DNA of 64,000 bases from Alphaproteobacteria bacterium. GTDB taxonomy: Bacteria; Pseudomonadota; Alphaproteobacteria; UBA828. Positions within the stretch are counted from its first letter, which is position 1. The number at the start of each line of letters is the position of its first letter. The position numbers and the translations under genes are program-made. The notes under the pieces were generated by a model, which was not told the origin of the DNA, did not search any database, and saw only the letters and a list, made by a program, of their open reading frames with translations. The stretch is taken from contig CBDCQT010000011.1 in assembly GCA_965220745.1 (NCBI GenBank), positions 192,001-256,000 on the forward strand, in the 5' to 3' direction. Below are positions 9,249 through 18,915 of this stretch, piece after piece.

Positions 9249-11120
9249 GTGGCCCAGGAGGAAACCCCCGTCGAGACCTTCCAGCGCGCCGTCGGCTCGG
9301 CGCTGCGGGCCATTGCGGGCGAGGGGGGCGAGGAACTTCAGGTTTCCTTCGGCGCGGATCAGCCGCAAGTCGCGGGCGATCAGGTTCAGCTTCCCTTCCC
9401 CGCGCGCGATCTCAACGCGCTCGACGTGGAGCTCGTGCGCGGCTCGGCCGACGCGCTGGCGCTTCGGCTCCGCTATCACGACCAGGGCGCCCATGTGCGA
9501 GAGCAGCCGCGCGGCAAGACCGCGCGCGCGATCTACGACGCGATCGAGCAGACACGGGTTGAGGCGCTGGGCGCCGGCCGACTGGCCGGGGTGGCGGCGA
9601 ACCTCGATTCCGCGCTCGAGCAGCGCTGCCGGCGCAAGGGCTACGACCACTGCACGGCGCCGGAAGAGGTGCCGGTCGCCGAAGCGCTCGCCATGATCAT
9701 GCGCGAGAAGCTCACCGGCCGGCACCTGCCGCAGTCGGCGCGCCACATGGCCGACCTTTGGCGCCCCTGGTTCGAGACCAAGGGCGCCCGGCACACGACA
9801 CAGCTCGTGCGCGCAATTCACGACCAGGAGCAATTTTCCACGCTGTCCCGTCGCCTCATCAAGGAGCTGGATCTTCCCGACGAGGACGCCGAAGACCCGG
9901 ACGACGCCGAGGACCAGTCGAGCCCCGAGCAGACCGACGACGACGACGCGAGCCAGCCCGGCGACGCGGAGCGCGGCGACGAGATGGATGCGGACAGCGA
10001 CCGGGAGGCGGATGTCGACGCGGACGCGGATGCGGAGGCGCAGGAGGCGTCCGACGAAGACGCCGACGCCTCCATGAGCGAGGGTGAGGACGACGAGGAG
10101 GCTGGCCGCCGGCGCCTGCAGCCGGGAGGGGGACCGGGCGCCAAGGAGCCGCCCTACAAGGCGTACACCACCCAGTTCGACGAGGTCGTCAACGCCTCGG
10201 AGCTATGCGACGCCGAGGAGCTTGCCCGGCTGCGCACCCAGCTCGACCAGCAGCTCTCCCAGCTGCACGGCGTCATCAGCCGGCTCGCGAACCGGCTGCA
10301 GCGGCGCCTGCTCGCGCGCCAGACGCGGTCGTGGGAGTTCGACCTCGAAGAGGGCCTGCTGGATACCGCGCGACTCTCCCGCGTCGTCACCAACCCGCTC
10401 CATCCGCTTTCCTACAAGATGGAGAAGGAGACCTCGTTCCGGGATACGGTGGTGACGCTGCTCATCGACAATTCAGGCTCCATGCGCGGGCGGCCGATTA
10501 TGGTGGCCGCCATGAGCGGCGACATTCTGGCGCGGACGCTGGAGCGCTGCGGCGTTAAGGTAGAGATCCTGGGCTTCACCACGCGCGCCTGGAAAGGCGG
10601 CCAGTCGCGCGAGCGCTGGCTGGCGGAAGGCCGCTCGCGCAATCCGGGACGCCTCAACGACCTGCGCCACATCATCTACAAGAACGCCGACGAGCCCTGG
10701 CGCCGGGCGCGGAAGAGCCTCGGCCTCATGCTGCGCGAGGGCCTTCTCAAGGAGAACATCGACGGCGAGGCGCTGCTCTGGGCCCACGAGCGCCTGCTCG
10801 GCAGGACCGAAGAGCGGCGTATCCTAATGGTGATCTCCGACGGTGCGCCGGTCGACGACAGCACGCTCTCGGTCAACGCGCGCAACTATCTGGAGCGCCA
10901 CCTGCGCTCGGTCATCGACTGGGTGGAGACCTTCTCGCCGGTCCAATTGCTTGCCATTGGCATCGGGCACGACGTGACGCGCTACTACCGCCGCGCCGTC
11001 ACGCTGACCGATGCCGAACAGCTCGGCGGCACCATGACTGAAAAACTCGCCGAGCTCTTCGACGAGCAGCCGCGCGACGAGCGCGCCTTCGAAACCCGCC
11101 CGCGGCTCAGAAGCGCCTAG
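9249..11120 (+). CDS. cobT: Cobaltochelatase subunit CobT (vWA domain)
   Basis: Acidic linker, [16 protein letters not shown] motif, [24 protein letters not shown]. Follows cobS. Confidence 0.95.
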   Translation: MAQEETPVETFQRAVGSALRAIAGEGGEELQVSFGADQPQVAGDQVQLPFPARDLNALDVELVRGSADALALRLRYHDQGAHVREQPRGKTARAIYDAIEQTRVEALGAGRLAGVAANLDSALEQRCRRKGYDHCTAPEEVPVAEALAMIMREKLTGRHLPQSARHMADLWRPWFETKGARHTTQLVRAIHDQEQFSTLSRRLIKELDLPDEDAEDPDDAEDQSSPEQTDDDDASQPGDAERGDEMDADSDREADVDADADAEAQEASDEDADASMSEGEDDEEAGRRRLQPGGGPGAKEPPYKAYTTQFDEVVNASELCDAEELARLRTQLDQQLSQLHGVISRLANRLQRRLLARQTRSWEFDLEEGLLDTARLSRVVTNPLHPLSYKMEKETSFRDTVVTLLIDNSGSMRGRPIMVAAMSGDILARTLERCGVKVEILGFTTRAWKGGQSRERWLAEGRSRNPGRLNDLRHIIYKNADEPWRRARKSLGLMLREGLLKENIDGEALLWAHERLLGRTEERRILMVISDGAPVDDSTLSVNARNYLERHLRSVIDWVETFSPVQLLAIGIGHDVTRYYRRAVTLTDAEQLGGTMTEKLAELFDEQPRDERAFETRPRLRSA

Positions 11121-11135
11121 CCGCCGTCCTTCTTC

Positions 11136-11900
11136 TCACATGAGGTGGGCCGCGAAGAAGTCCAGGGTGCGCTGCCAGGACAGCGCGGCGTCCTCCTCGT
11201 CGTAGCGTGCGCTGGTCGGGTTGGCGAAGCCGTGGTCGGCCTCGTACCAGTGGTTCTCGGCGCTCTTGCCGGCTGCCGCCATCTCCGCCTCGAAGCCGTC
11301 TACCATCTCCTGGTTGATCCACCTGTCACGGGTGGCGAAGTGACCCAGCACCGGCCCGGCCAAGGAAGCGAGCTGCTCCTGCGTCCTCTTCACGTTGCCG
11401 TAGTAGACGATGGTGGCGTCGACCGGCGCGGCGAGCGAGGCATTGAGCGACCAGCGGCCGCCGAAGCACCAGCCCACGGTGCCGACTTTGCCGCTGCCGC
11501 TCTCGTGGTTCCGGAGCCAGTCGATCCATGAGGCGCAGGTGTCGGTGGCGGCCTGCGGCCGGACCCCCGTCGCCAGCTCCCGCGCCACGGCAGGATCGGC
11601 GGTGACGTTGCCGTCGTAGAGGTCGATGGCGAGCGCCAGATAGCCGGCGTCCGCCAGCGCGGCGGCGACCGACTTGATCTGATCGTTAAGCCCCCACCAT
11701 TCGTGCACCAGCATCACGGCCGGCGCCGGCAGTGCGGCGGGCACGCCGAGCGCCGCCGAGACGGACCGGCCGCCGGCGGTGGTGATGGTGACGGTCTCGA
11801 GGCTGTCGGCGGCGGCGCGGGCAAGCCGCCGGTCGGCGAGGACCGCCGCGAGCGGCAGCCCGGCGAGGCCGATGAGGAGGTCACGTCTTGCGAGTCCCAT
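11136..11900 (-). CDS. Dienelactone hydrolase family protein with Tat-like signal
   Basis: ARRDLL twin-arginine-like leader, HEWWGLN, GWCFGG nucleophile motif, HGFANP. Confidence 0.9.
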   Translation of the reverse strand: MGLARRDLLIGLAGLPLAAVLADRRLARAAADSLETVTITTAGGRSVSAALGVPAALPAPAVMLVHEWWGLNDQIKSVAAALADAGYLALAIDLYDGNVTADPAVARELATGVRPQAATDTCASWIDWLRNHESGSGKVGTVGWCFGGRWSLNASLAAPVDATIVYYGNVKRTQEQLASLAGPVLGHFATRDRWINQEMVDGFEAEMAAAGKSAENHWYEADHGFANPTSARYDEEDAALSWQRTLDFFAAHLM

Positions 11901-12043
11901 GGCGCGTCGTCCTCCGTTGCGATGTGAGAGCGATCATGGTCGGGCGCGCGCGGCTCCGACGCAAGGCGCTATCGGCACGGGCCCTTCGCTTTCTCCGCCG
12001 GACCGCTCCCTGTATCCTCGCGCGGCTTCAGCGGAGGAGGACC

Positions 12044-13771
12044 ATGGCGAGTTCGATCCAGGCGCGAAAGACCAGACGCCGGCAATGGGCCGGCACGGAT
12101 CCTGCGCAGCAGCGGGACCTGGCGAACCGCGCCTACACCGGCGGGGATGCGCTGGTCGCGACCCTTCTCGAACACGGCGTCGATACCGCGTTCGGCGTGC
12201 CGGGCGAAAGTTACCTGGCCGTGCTGGAGGCGCTGCGGGCGGCGCAGGAGCGACTGCGCTTCGTCATTACGCGCCACGAATCCGGTGCTACCTTCGCCGC
12301 GTGCGCCTACGCCCGACTGGCGCGCAAGCCGGGCGTCGCCTTCGTGACTCGCGGGCCCGGCGCCACCAATGGGTCCATTGGCATCCACACCGCGCGCCAG
12401 GATTCGGTGCCGCTCGTGCTCTTCATCGGCCAGGTCCCGTCGGATCAGCGGGGCCGCGAGTCGTTTCAGGAGATCGATTACCACCGCATGCTGGGTCCGA
12501 TGACCAAGGCGGTGTTCGAGCCCCACACGCCGCACGAGGTCGCAGCCGCCGCGGCGGAAGCCTTCGCCATTGCCGTTGACGGCAGGCCGGGGCCGGTCGC
12601 GGTGGCGCTGCCGGAGGACGTGACTGAAGGCGAAACCGACGACACACCGGTGCCGCAGCCCCGCCCGCGCCGCGCCGCGCTGCCCGCGCCGGGTGACATC
12701 CGCGCCATCGCCGAGCGGATCGCGCAGGCCGAGCGTCCCGTCGCGATCGCGGGCGAAATGGTGGCCTTCGAAGGCGCCAACGGGGCGCTCGCCGCCTTCG
12801 CAGAGGCTTATGGCGTGGGCGTTTTCAGCTCCTTCCGCCAGCAGGGAGTGGTGCCGTGCGCGCATCCTGCCTTTCTGGGGACGCTCGGCCTCGCGCTCCC
12901 GCCCTATCAGGAGGCCCTGCTGGCGGAAGCGGACCTCGTGCTCGCACTCGGCACTCGGCTCGACCTCGCCACGACGGTCGACGACCGCGTGATCCACGAG
13001 GCTCGCTTCGTGGTCCACGTCTACCCGGACGCGGACGCGCTCGCTGCCGCCGGGGCTGGCCTGCAGGTCTGCGCCGATATCGCGCCCGTGCTGGAAGGCC
13101 TTACCGCCGCAGCGCCGGAGGCCCCGCCCGCCTCCCGCAGCGCCTGGTGCGCCGCGCAGCGTTCGGTGTTCGACGAGTTCCGACAAGAGTCCGCCGGGCC
13201 CGCACTCGGCACGGTCGATCTCGCCGCCGTGGTGCAGACGCTCGCCGAGCGGGTGCCGCAGGACGCCACCATCGTCAACGACGCCGGTAACTTCGCAACC
13301 TGGCTGCTGCGCCACTTCCCTTACGAGCATCCGCTGGCCCAGGCCGCACCATCGGTAGGCGCGATGGGCTACGGCGTGCCCGGCGCGATCGGCGCCCAGC
13401 TCGCCAGGCCCGGCAAGCGGGTGGTGGCGATTGCCGGTGACGGCGGCTTCGGCATGACCGGGCAGGAGCTGATCACGGCGGTCGGCAATCGGCTCCCGAT
13501 CGTCGTGCTGGTGTGCGACAACGGCATCTACGGCACCATCGCCATGCACCAGTACAACCGCTACGGCGCCGATGCGACCTACGGCGTCGCCCTCCACAGC
13601 CCTGATTTTGCGGCCGCCGCACGCGCCTGGGGCGCGGACGCCTGGACGGTCGAGACCACCGAGGCCTTCGCGCCGGCCCTGGAGGGGGCGCTGGCCGCCG
13701 ACGGCCCGGCGCTGATCCACCTCAAGACCGACATACGCGACCTCGCGGCCTCGGGCGCCAAGATGCAGTGA
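12044..13771 (+). CDS. Thiamine-diphosphate-dependent enzyme (acetolactate synthase-like family)
   Basis: FGVPGESYL, RHE, TRGPGATN and the GDGGF...DNG ThDP motif. GGAGGAGG RBS before ATG 12044. Confidence 0.88.
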   Translation: MASSIQARKTRRRQWAGTDPAQQRDLANRAYTGGDALVATLLEHGVDTAFGVPGESYLAVLEALRAAQERLRFVITRHESGATFAACAYARLARKPGVAFVTRGPGATNGSIGIHTARQDSVPLVLFIGQVPSDQRGRESFQEIDYHRMLGPMTKAVFEPHTPHEVAAAAAEAFAIAVDGRPGPVAVALPEDVTEGETDDTPVPQPRPRRAALPAPGDIRAIAERIAQAERPVAIAGEMVAFEGANGALAAFAEAYGVGVFSSFRQQGVVPCAHPAFLGTLGLALPPYQEALLAEADLVLALGTRLDLATTVDDRVIHEARFVVHVYPDADALAAAGAGLQVCADIAPVLEGLTAAAPEAPPASRSAWCAAQRSVFDEFRQESAGPALGTVDLAAVVQTLAERVPQDATIVNDAGNFATWLLRHFPYEHPLAQAAPSVGAMGYGVPGAIGAQLARPGKRVVAIAGDGGFGMTGQELITAVGNRLPIVVLVCDNGIYGTIAMHQYNRYGADATYGVALHSPDFAAAARAWGADAWTVETTEAFAPALEGALAADGPALIHLKTDIRDLAASGAKMQ

Positions 13772-14997
13772 CCATGGCCGCCGGCCACGACGAGACGGAC
13801 GACGCGATCGACGCCGGCGAGGACGGCCCAGCGCCAGAGGGGGCGCCGGTCGAAGCCCATGTTCTAAGCTCCATCACACAGGTGGACGCAGCCGCCTGGG
13901 ATCGCTGCGCCGGCCCCGACAACCCCTTCGTCCGCCACGCCTTCCTGTCCGCGCTGGAAGAGAGCGGCTCGAGCACGGGCGCGACCGGCTGGCAACCCCG
14001 GCACATCGTTCTCAAGACCCCGCAAGGCGCCGTCCTCGGCGCCGTGCCGATGTATCTCAAGAACCATTCCTACGGCGAGTACGTCTTCGACCACGGCTGG
14101 GCGGACGCGTTCGAGCGCGCGGGCGGGCACTACTACCCCAAGCTCCAGGTCTCGGTCCCGTTCACGCCGGTGACAGGGCCGCGCCTGCTAACCCCGCCGG
14201 GGCCGGGCGCGGAAGCGGTGAGGACGGCGCTGCTTTCCACCTGCGTCGGCATTTGCGACCAGATCGGCGCGTCTTCGGTGCACATCACCTTCCCCACCGA
14301 GGACGAGTTCGACTTGATGGGCGAGGCCGGGCTCCTGCAACGGACGGGCATCCAGTTCCACTGGCTGAACGAGGGCTATGGGAGCTTCGACGACTTCCTC
14401 GCCAGCCTCGCCTCGCGGAAGCGCAAACAGATCCGCAAGGAGCGACAGGCGGTTGCAGACTCCGGCCTCACGATCATGGCGCTGACGGGCAGCGAGATCG
14501 AGGAGCGCCACTGGGACGCCTTCTTCGCCTTCTACCAAGCGACCGGCAGCCGCAAGTGGGGGGTGCCCTACCTCACGCGCGAGTTCTTCGGCCTGCTCGG
14601 CGAGCGGATGTCCGACGCGGTGGTGCTGGTGATGGTGGAGCGGGACGAACGACCCGTCGCAGGCGCCCTCAACCTTGCAGGCTCGGATGCGCTCTACGGC
14701 CGCAACTGGGGCGCCATCGAGGAGCACCGCTTCCTGCACTTCGAGGCCTGCTATTACCGCGCCATCGACTACGCCATCGCCCACGGGCTGAAGCGGGTCG
14801 AGGCCGGCGCCCAGGGTCCGCACAAGCTGGCGCGCGGCTACCTGCCGGTGCCCACCTATTCCGCGCACTGGGTCGCCAACGAGAGCCTGCGCGATGCGGT
14901 CGCCCACTACCTCGATCACGAGACCCGGGAGATCGACCGCGAGATCGCCGTGCTGGAGCGGCACGGCCCCTTCCGCCAGAGCGACGACGCGGCGTAA
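13768..14997 (+). CDS. GNAT/FemAB-like protein (DUF482 type)
   Basis: HSYGEYVFDHGWA, YYPKL, PFTPVTG, LYGRNWG, LHFEACYY, EAGAQG. Confidence 0.88.
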   Translation: MTMAAGHDETDDAIDAGEDGPAPEGAPVEAHVLSSITQVDAAAWDRCAGPDNPFVRHAFLSALEESGSSTGATGWQPRHIVLKTPQGAVLGAVPMYLKNHSYGEYVFDHGWADAFERAGGHYYPKLQVSVPFTPVTGPRLLTPPGPGAEAVRTALLSTCVGICDQIGASSVHITFPTEDEFDLMGEAGLLQRTGIQFHWLNEGYGSFDDFLASLASRKRKQIRKERQAVADSGLTIMALTGSEIEERHWDAFFAFYQATGSRKWGVPYLTREFFGLLGERMSDAVVLVMVERDERPVAGALNLAGSDALYGRNWGAIEEHRFLHFEACYYRAIDYAIAHGLKRVEAGAQGPHKLARGYLPVPTYSAHWVANESLRDAVAHYLDHETREIDREIAVLERHGPFRQSDDAA

Positions 14998-15081
14998 CGG
15001 CGGCGGCGCACCGCTTGCGCGCGGCACCGCACCGCCCCAAGATCGCCCGCGCAATAACCGCCGCGCCTGAGGAGAAACCGG

Positions 15082-16431
15082 ATGGACGCCCCCAATCTCG
15101 ATGCGCTGACTCGCGATGCGCTCGACTACTACCTGTTCCCGCTCGCGACCAAGCATGACATGCGCACGGACGGTCCGATGATCTTCTCCAGCGCCGAAGG
15201 GATGGAGATCACCGACGCAGGCGGCAAGACCTACCTCGACATGATGAGCACCCAGACTAGGGCGAGCTCGCTCGGCTACGGGCAGGAGCGCATCGCGCGC
15301 GCGATCTACGACCAGCTGATGTCGCTCCACTACGCCGGCACCTTCGCCAATGTCGCCGACACGACCATCCGGCTCTCGGCCAAGATCGCCGATCTCGCGC
15401 CCGGCTCGCTGACCGCGACGGTGTTCGCCGGCAGCGGGTCGGAGGCGAACGAGATGTCGATCAAGCTCGCCAAGCAGTACCACGCCGCCAAGGGCGACAA
15501 GCCGCGCGCGCACAAGATCATCTCGCGCTGGGACTCCTATCACGGCGCCACCATGGGCGTGATCGGCAGCACCGACTATCTCGGCACCCGCGCCATCACC
15601 GAGCCCGGCGTGCCCGGATTCAGCCGTATCCCGGCGCCGAACCTCTACCGCACGCCCTTCGGCATGGACCCGTCCGAAGTCTGCGACTTCTGCGTCGACT
15701 ACCTGGAGCAGCACATCGTCCACGAGGGGCCGGAGACGGTGGCTGCCTTCATCGCCGAGCCGGTGATGCAAGGCGACGGCGTTCAGGTGCCGCCGGACGA
15801 CTACTTCCCTCGCGTGCGGGAGGTCTGCGACAAGTACGACGTGCTGCTGATCGGCGACGAGGTGATCTGCGGTTTCGGCCGCACCGGGCGCTGGTTCGCG
15901 CTGGAGCATTGGGGCGTCGAATGCGACATCATGAGCACCGCGAAGGCGATCACCGCCGGCTACTTCCCGCTCGGTGCGTCGACGGCGAGCCGCAAGGTGG
16001 CCGACGCGCTCCCGGTGTTCACCCATGTGCAGACCTACAACGGCCACCCCGGCGCCTGCGCTGCGGCGCTCGCGACCATCGACATCCTGGAGAGCGACAA
16101 CCTGATCGAGCGTGCGGCCGAGACCGGCGCCTACTTCCTCGACCGGATGCAGCGGCTGCGCGAGCTCCCCATCGTGGGCGACGTGCGCGGGCTCGGCATG
16201 TGGACCTGCATCGACTTCACGGCCGACAAGAAGACCAAGGCGCCGTTCACCGACGACACGGTGAAGGCGATCACGCGGCGCATGGCCGATCTCGGCGTGC
16301 TCGGCGGCGAGGAGGGCACGGCGATCGAGTTCGGCCCGGCGCTTATCGCGACGCGAGAGATGGTGAACCGCTGCGTCGATGTGGCGGAGCAGGCGATCCG
16401 CGAGGTGATGGCAGACCGCGACCTCGGCTGA
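15082..16431 (+). CDS. Class III PLP-dependent aminotransferase
   Basis: SGSEANE, SYHG, DEVICGFGRTG and AKAITAGY (PLP lysine). Confidence 0.92.
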   Translation: MDAPNLDALTRDALDYYLFPLATKHDMRTDGPMIFSSAEGMEITDAGGKTYLDMMSTQTRASSLGYGQERIARAIYDQLMSLHYAGTFANVADTTIRLSAKIADLAPGSLTATVFAGSGSEANEMSIKLAKQYHAAKGDKPRAHKIISRWDSYHGATMGVIGSTDYLGTRAITEPGVPGFSRIPAPNLYRTPFGMDPSEVCDFCVDYLEQHIVHEGPETVAAFIAEPVMQGDGVQVPPDDYFPRVREVCDKYDVLLIGDEVICGFGRTGRWFALEHWGVECDIMSTAKAITAGYFPLGASTASRKVADALPVFTHVQTYNGHPGACAAALATIDILESDNLIERAAETGAYFLDRMQRLRELPIVGDVRGLGMWTCIDFTADKKTKAPFTDDTVKAITRRMADLGVLGGEEGTAIEFGPALIATREMVNRCVDVAEQAIREVMADRDLG

Positions 16432-16467
16432 CCGAAACCGGCCCGCCCCGGCTTCAAGCCGCGGGGA

Positions 16468-17865
16468 TCAATCCAGGATCACGCCGGGATTGAGGATACC
16501 CTTGGGGTCGAGGGTCGCCTTGAGCGTGCGCATCAGCGCGATCTCCTCGGCCGTGCGCGCGAGCGGCAGGTAGGCGCGCTTCATCACGCCGATGCCGTGC
16601 TCGGCGCTGATGCTGCCTTGGCGCGCGTGCACGGCGCCGTAGATCGCATCGGCCAGCGCGGGCTCCATGGCGAGAAAGTCGTCGTCCGAGAGCCCCGCTT
16701 CCTGCGTCATGTTGACGTGAACGTTGCCGTCGCCCAGGTGCCCGAACAGCACCACGCGGACGCCCGCGAAGCCCTCGGCCAACGCCTCCATCTCGCCGAG
16801 GAAGGCGGGGATCACGCCGGGTGGCACGGTCACGTCGAACTTGTGGGTGAGCCCGCGGCGGCTCACGGCCTCGGTCGGCGCCTCGCGGACGCACCAGATC
16901 GCCCGCGCCTGCGCCTCCGAGCCCGCGACCACGGCGTCGGCGATCAGCCCGTCCGCCAGCAGGCTCTCCAACCCGGTGGTGAAGGCCTCGCCCGCAGCTT
17001 CGCCCGACGCGGATTCCTCCTCGATCACGACCAGGCTTTCGTAGTCGCCGTCGAGGGGGATGCGCAGCGCGGGGTCTTCCGCCTTCACGTAGGCCACGGT
17101 CTCGCCGTCGATGAACTCCAGCGAGGAGAGGCGGGGGAAGCGCGCCCGCGCCGCCTGCAGCAGGGCGGGCAGCAGATCGCGGCTGGCGAGGCCCGCGAGC
17201 GCGGTCTGAAACGCCTCCGGCGCCGGCTGCACCTGCAGCACGGCGCGGGTGATGACGCCGAGCGTGCCTTCCGAGCCGATGAAGACCTGCTTCAGGTCGA
17301 GGCCGGTGTTGTTCTTTTTCAGGATGTTGAGGCCGCTCACCACGGTGCCGTCGGCGAGCACGACCTCGAGGCCGCGCACCTGCTCCCGCATGTGACCGTA
17401 GCGCAGCACCTTCACCCCGCCGGCGTTGGTCGCGATCATGCCGCCGATCTGGCACGAGCCGCGCCCGCCGAGATCCACCGGCATGTCGTAGCCGCGCTCG
17501 GCGAGGTAGCCCTGCAGCGTCTCCAGCACGACGCCGGCCTGGACCGTGACCGTCGCCGAAGCCTCGTCGAAGGCTTCGATGGCGCCCAGCCGCTCGACGC
17601 TCAGCACCACCTCGTCCGCACGGGGCACGCCGCCGCCCACCATCCCGGTATTGCCCGCTTGCGGCACAACGGGCACGTCGAGCTCCGTGCAGGCGCGGAG
17701 CACCGCCGCCACTTCCTCGGTCGAGCGCGGGCGCACCACCAGTGGCGCCGTGCCGACGTACTTGCCGATCCAGTCCCTGGCATAGCGGGCCGTGTCGGCG
17801 GGGTCGTCGAGGTAGAGCGCCGGGTCGCCGAGCCTCGCCCGCAGCCTCTCGTGAGGTGCCGTCAT
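16468..17865 (-). CDS. FAD-linked oxidoreductase (D-2-hydroxyacid / D-2-hydroxyglutarate dehydrogenase-like)
   Basis: GNTGMVGG, ATNAGG, KKNNTG, GSEGTLG, HLGDGNVH, SAEHGIG, LDPKGILNPG. Confidence 0.9.
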   Translation of the reverse strand: MTAPHERLRARLGDPALYLDDPADTARYARDWIGKYVGTAPLVVRPRSTEEVAAVLRACTELDVPVVPQAGNTGMVGGGVPRADEVVLSVERLGAIEAFDEASATVTVQAGVVLETLQGYLAERGYDMPVDLGGRGSCQIGGMIATNAGGVKVLRYGHMREQVRGLEVVLADGTVVSGLNILKKNNTGLDLKQVFIGSEGTLGVITRAVLQVQPAPEAFQTALAGLASRDLLPALLQAARARFPRLSSLEFIDGETVAYVKAEDPALRIPLDGDYESLVVIEEESASGEAAGEAFTTGLESLLADGLIADAVVAGSEAQARAIWCVREAPTEAVSRRGLTHKFDVTVPPGVIPAFLGEMEALAEGFAGVRVVLFGHLGDGNVHVNMTQEAGLSDDDFLAMEPALADAIYGAVHARQGSISAEHGIGVMKRAYLPLARTAEEIALMRTLKATLDPKGILNPGVILD

Positions 17866-17943
17866 CGTGCACTCCGTTCGGCAGGGGTGCGGTTTTGCGG
17901 CACTATGGCGCGCAGGTCAAACGGCGGGGGTGGAGCGCGGCGG

Positions 17944-18585
17944 ATGGGCGTCAAGGTACTGTTTCTCGACTACGACGGCGTGATCGCCGACAGCATGGGG
18001 GCCAAGGCAGAGGCCTTGGCCGATGCCTTCGCACCCTACACCCTGGATCGTGCCGGGGTCGCCGACGGCTTCAGGCGCCATGCAGGGAGCGGCCGGGAGC
18101 TCATTTTCGACCGCATCTACGAGGACCTGATCGGGGAGCCGCTCGACGAGCCCACACGCCAGCGCATCCTCGGCACGTTTCTCGACCGCATCGACGCCAT
18201 CAACGCGGCCATCGGCCTCTTCCCCGGCGTTCACGGCTTCATCGAGGGCCAGGCAGCAAAGCGGCTCGTGACCGTGGTGACGGGGGTGCCGCAGGAGGAG
18301 GCCGCGCGGCAGCTTGGACGCCTCGGCCTCTTGCCCTTCCTCGCCTCGGTCCACGGGGCGACGCGCGAGACGCCCAAGCACGTCCACATGGGGCGATTCC
18401 TGGAGGCCCGCGCCATCGCGCCTGCGGACGCGCTCTTCGTCGGCGATTCCCATGCTGACATGCGCGAAGCTGCGCTGGCAGGCATCCCCTTCGTCGGCAT
18501 CGGCGAGCCGGCGTTCTTCGCCAAAGGTGCGCCGCTCGCCGTGGCCCCCAGCCTGCCCGACCTCGCGCCGCTCATCGACGGGTAA
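17944..18585 (+). CDS. HAD family hydrolase (phosphatase)
   Basis: LFLDYDGVIADS motif I and FVGDSHAD motif IV. C-terminal part of track ORF 16597..18585. Confidence 0.85.
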   Translation: MGVKVLFLDYDGVIADSMGAKAEALADAFAPYTLDRAGVADGFRRHAGSGRELIFDRIYEDLIGEPLDEPTRQRILGTFLDRIDAINAAIGLFPGVHGFIEGQAAKRLVTVVTGVPQEEAARQLGRLGLLPFLASVHGATRETPKHVHMGRFLEARAIAPADALFVGDSHADMREAALAGIPFVGIGEPAFFAKGAPLAVAPSLPDLAPLIDG

Positions 18586-18620
18586 CACCCGATTCCATGA
18601 TCTGTCCCAGAAAGAGTTTC

Positions 18621-18735
18621 TTTGGCGGCCTATTCCGGCCCACTCCGGCCCAAAGTGGCCCAAGGTGGTTCAGGGCGACCTCCCCCGATGCGGCTTATTC
18701 CGGCCCAAAGTGGCTCAAAGTGGTCCAAGACGGCT
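18621..18735. repeat. Degenerate 10-bp-period tandem repeats in two blocks
   Basis: Block 1: tattccggcc/cactccggcc/caaagtggcc/caaggtggtt. Block 2: tattccggcc/caaagtggct/caaagtggtc/caagacggct. Confidence 0.75.
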
Positions 18736-18915
18736 CCTCCCGGTCCGCGGCCGTGGTGGGTTGCGCTGGCGACCGAGCGAAGTGCGGCCGGCAAGCGACC
18801 GAACGACGGGCGCCCACCGCATTTGCCTCGGCCTGTCGCGGCCTGTCCGCCCTCGTGCGTCATGGCGCGATGATGGCGCATCCGCCGCGCGCCGTGCACC
18901 GCACCATGGTCCGGG

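Noticed and set aside
8232-11120. cobS-cobT without cobN
   Set aside because: This is a common arrangement in Alphaproteobacteria, where cobN is usually elsewhere or absent.
16597-17943. Apparent long N-terminal extension of the HAD hydrolase
   Set aside because: It overlaps the minus-strand FAD oxidoreductase. HAD motif I begins right after ATG 17944.
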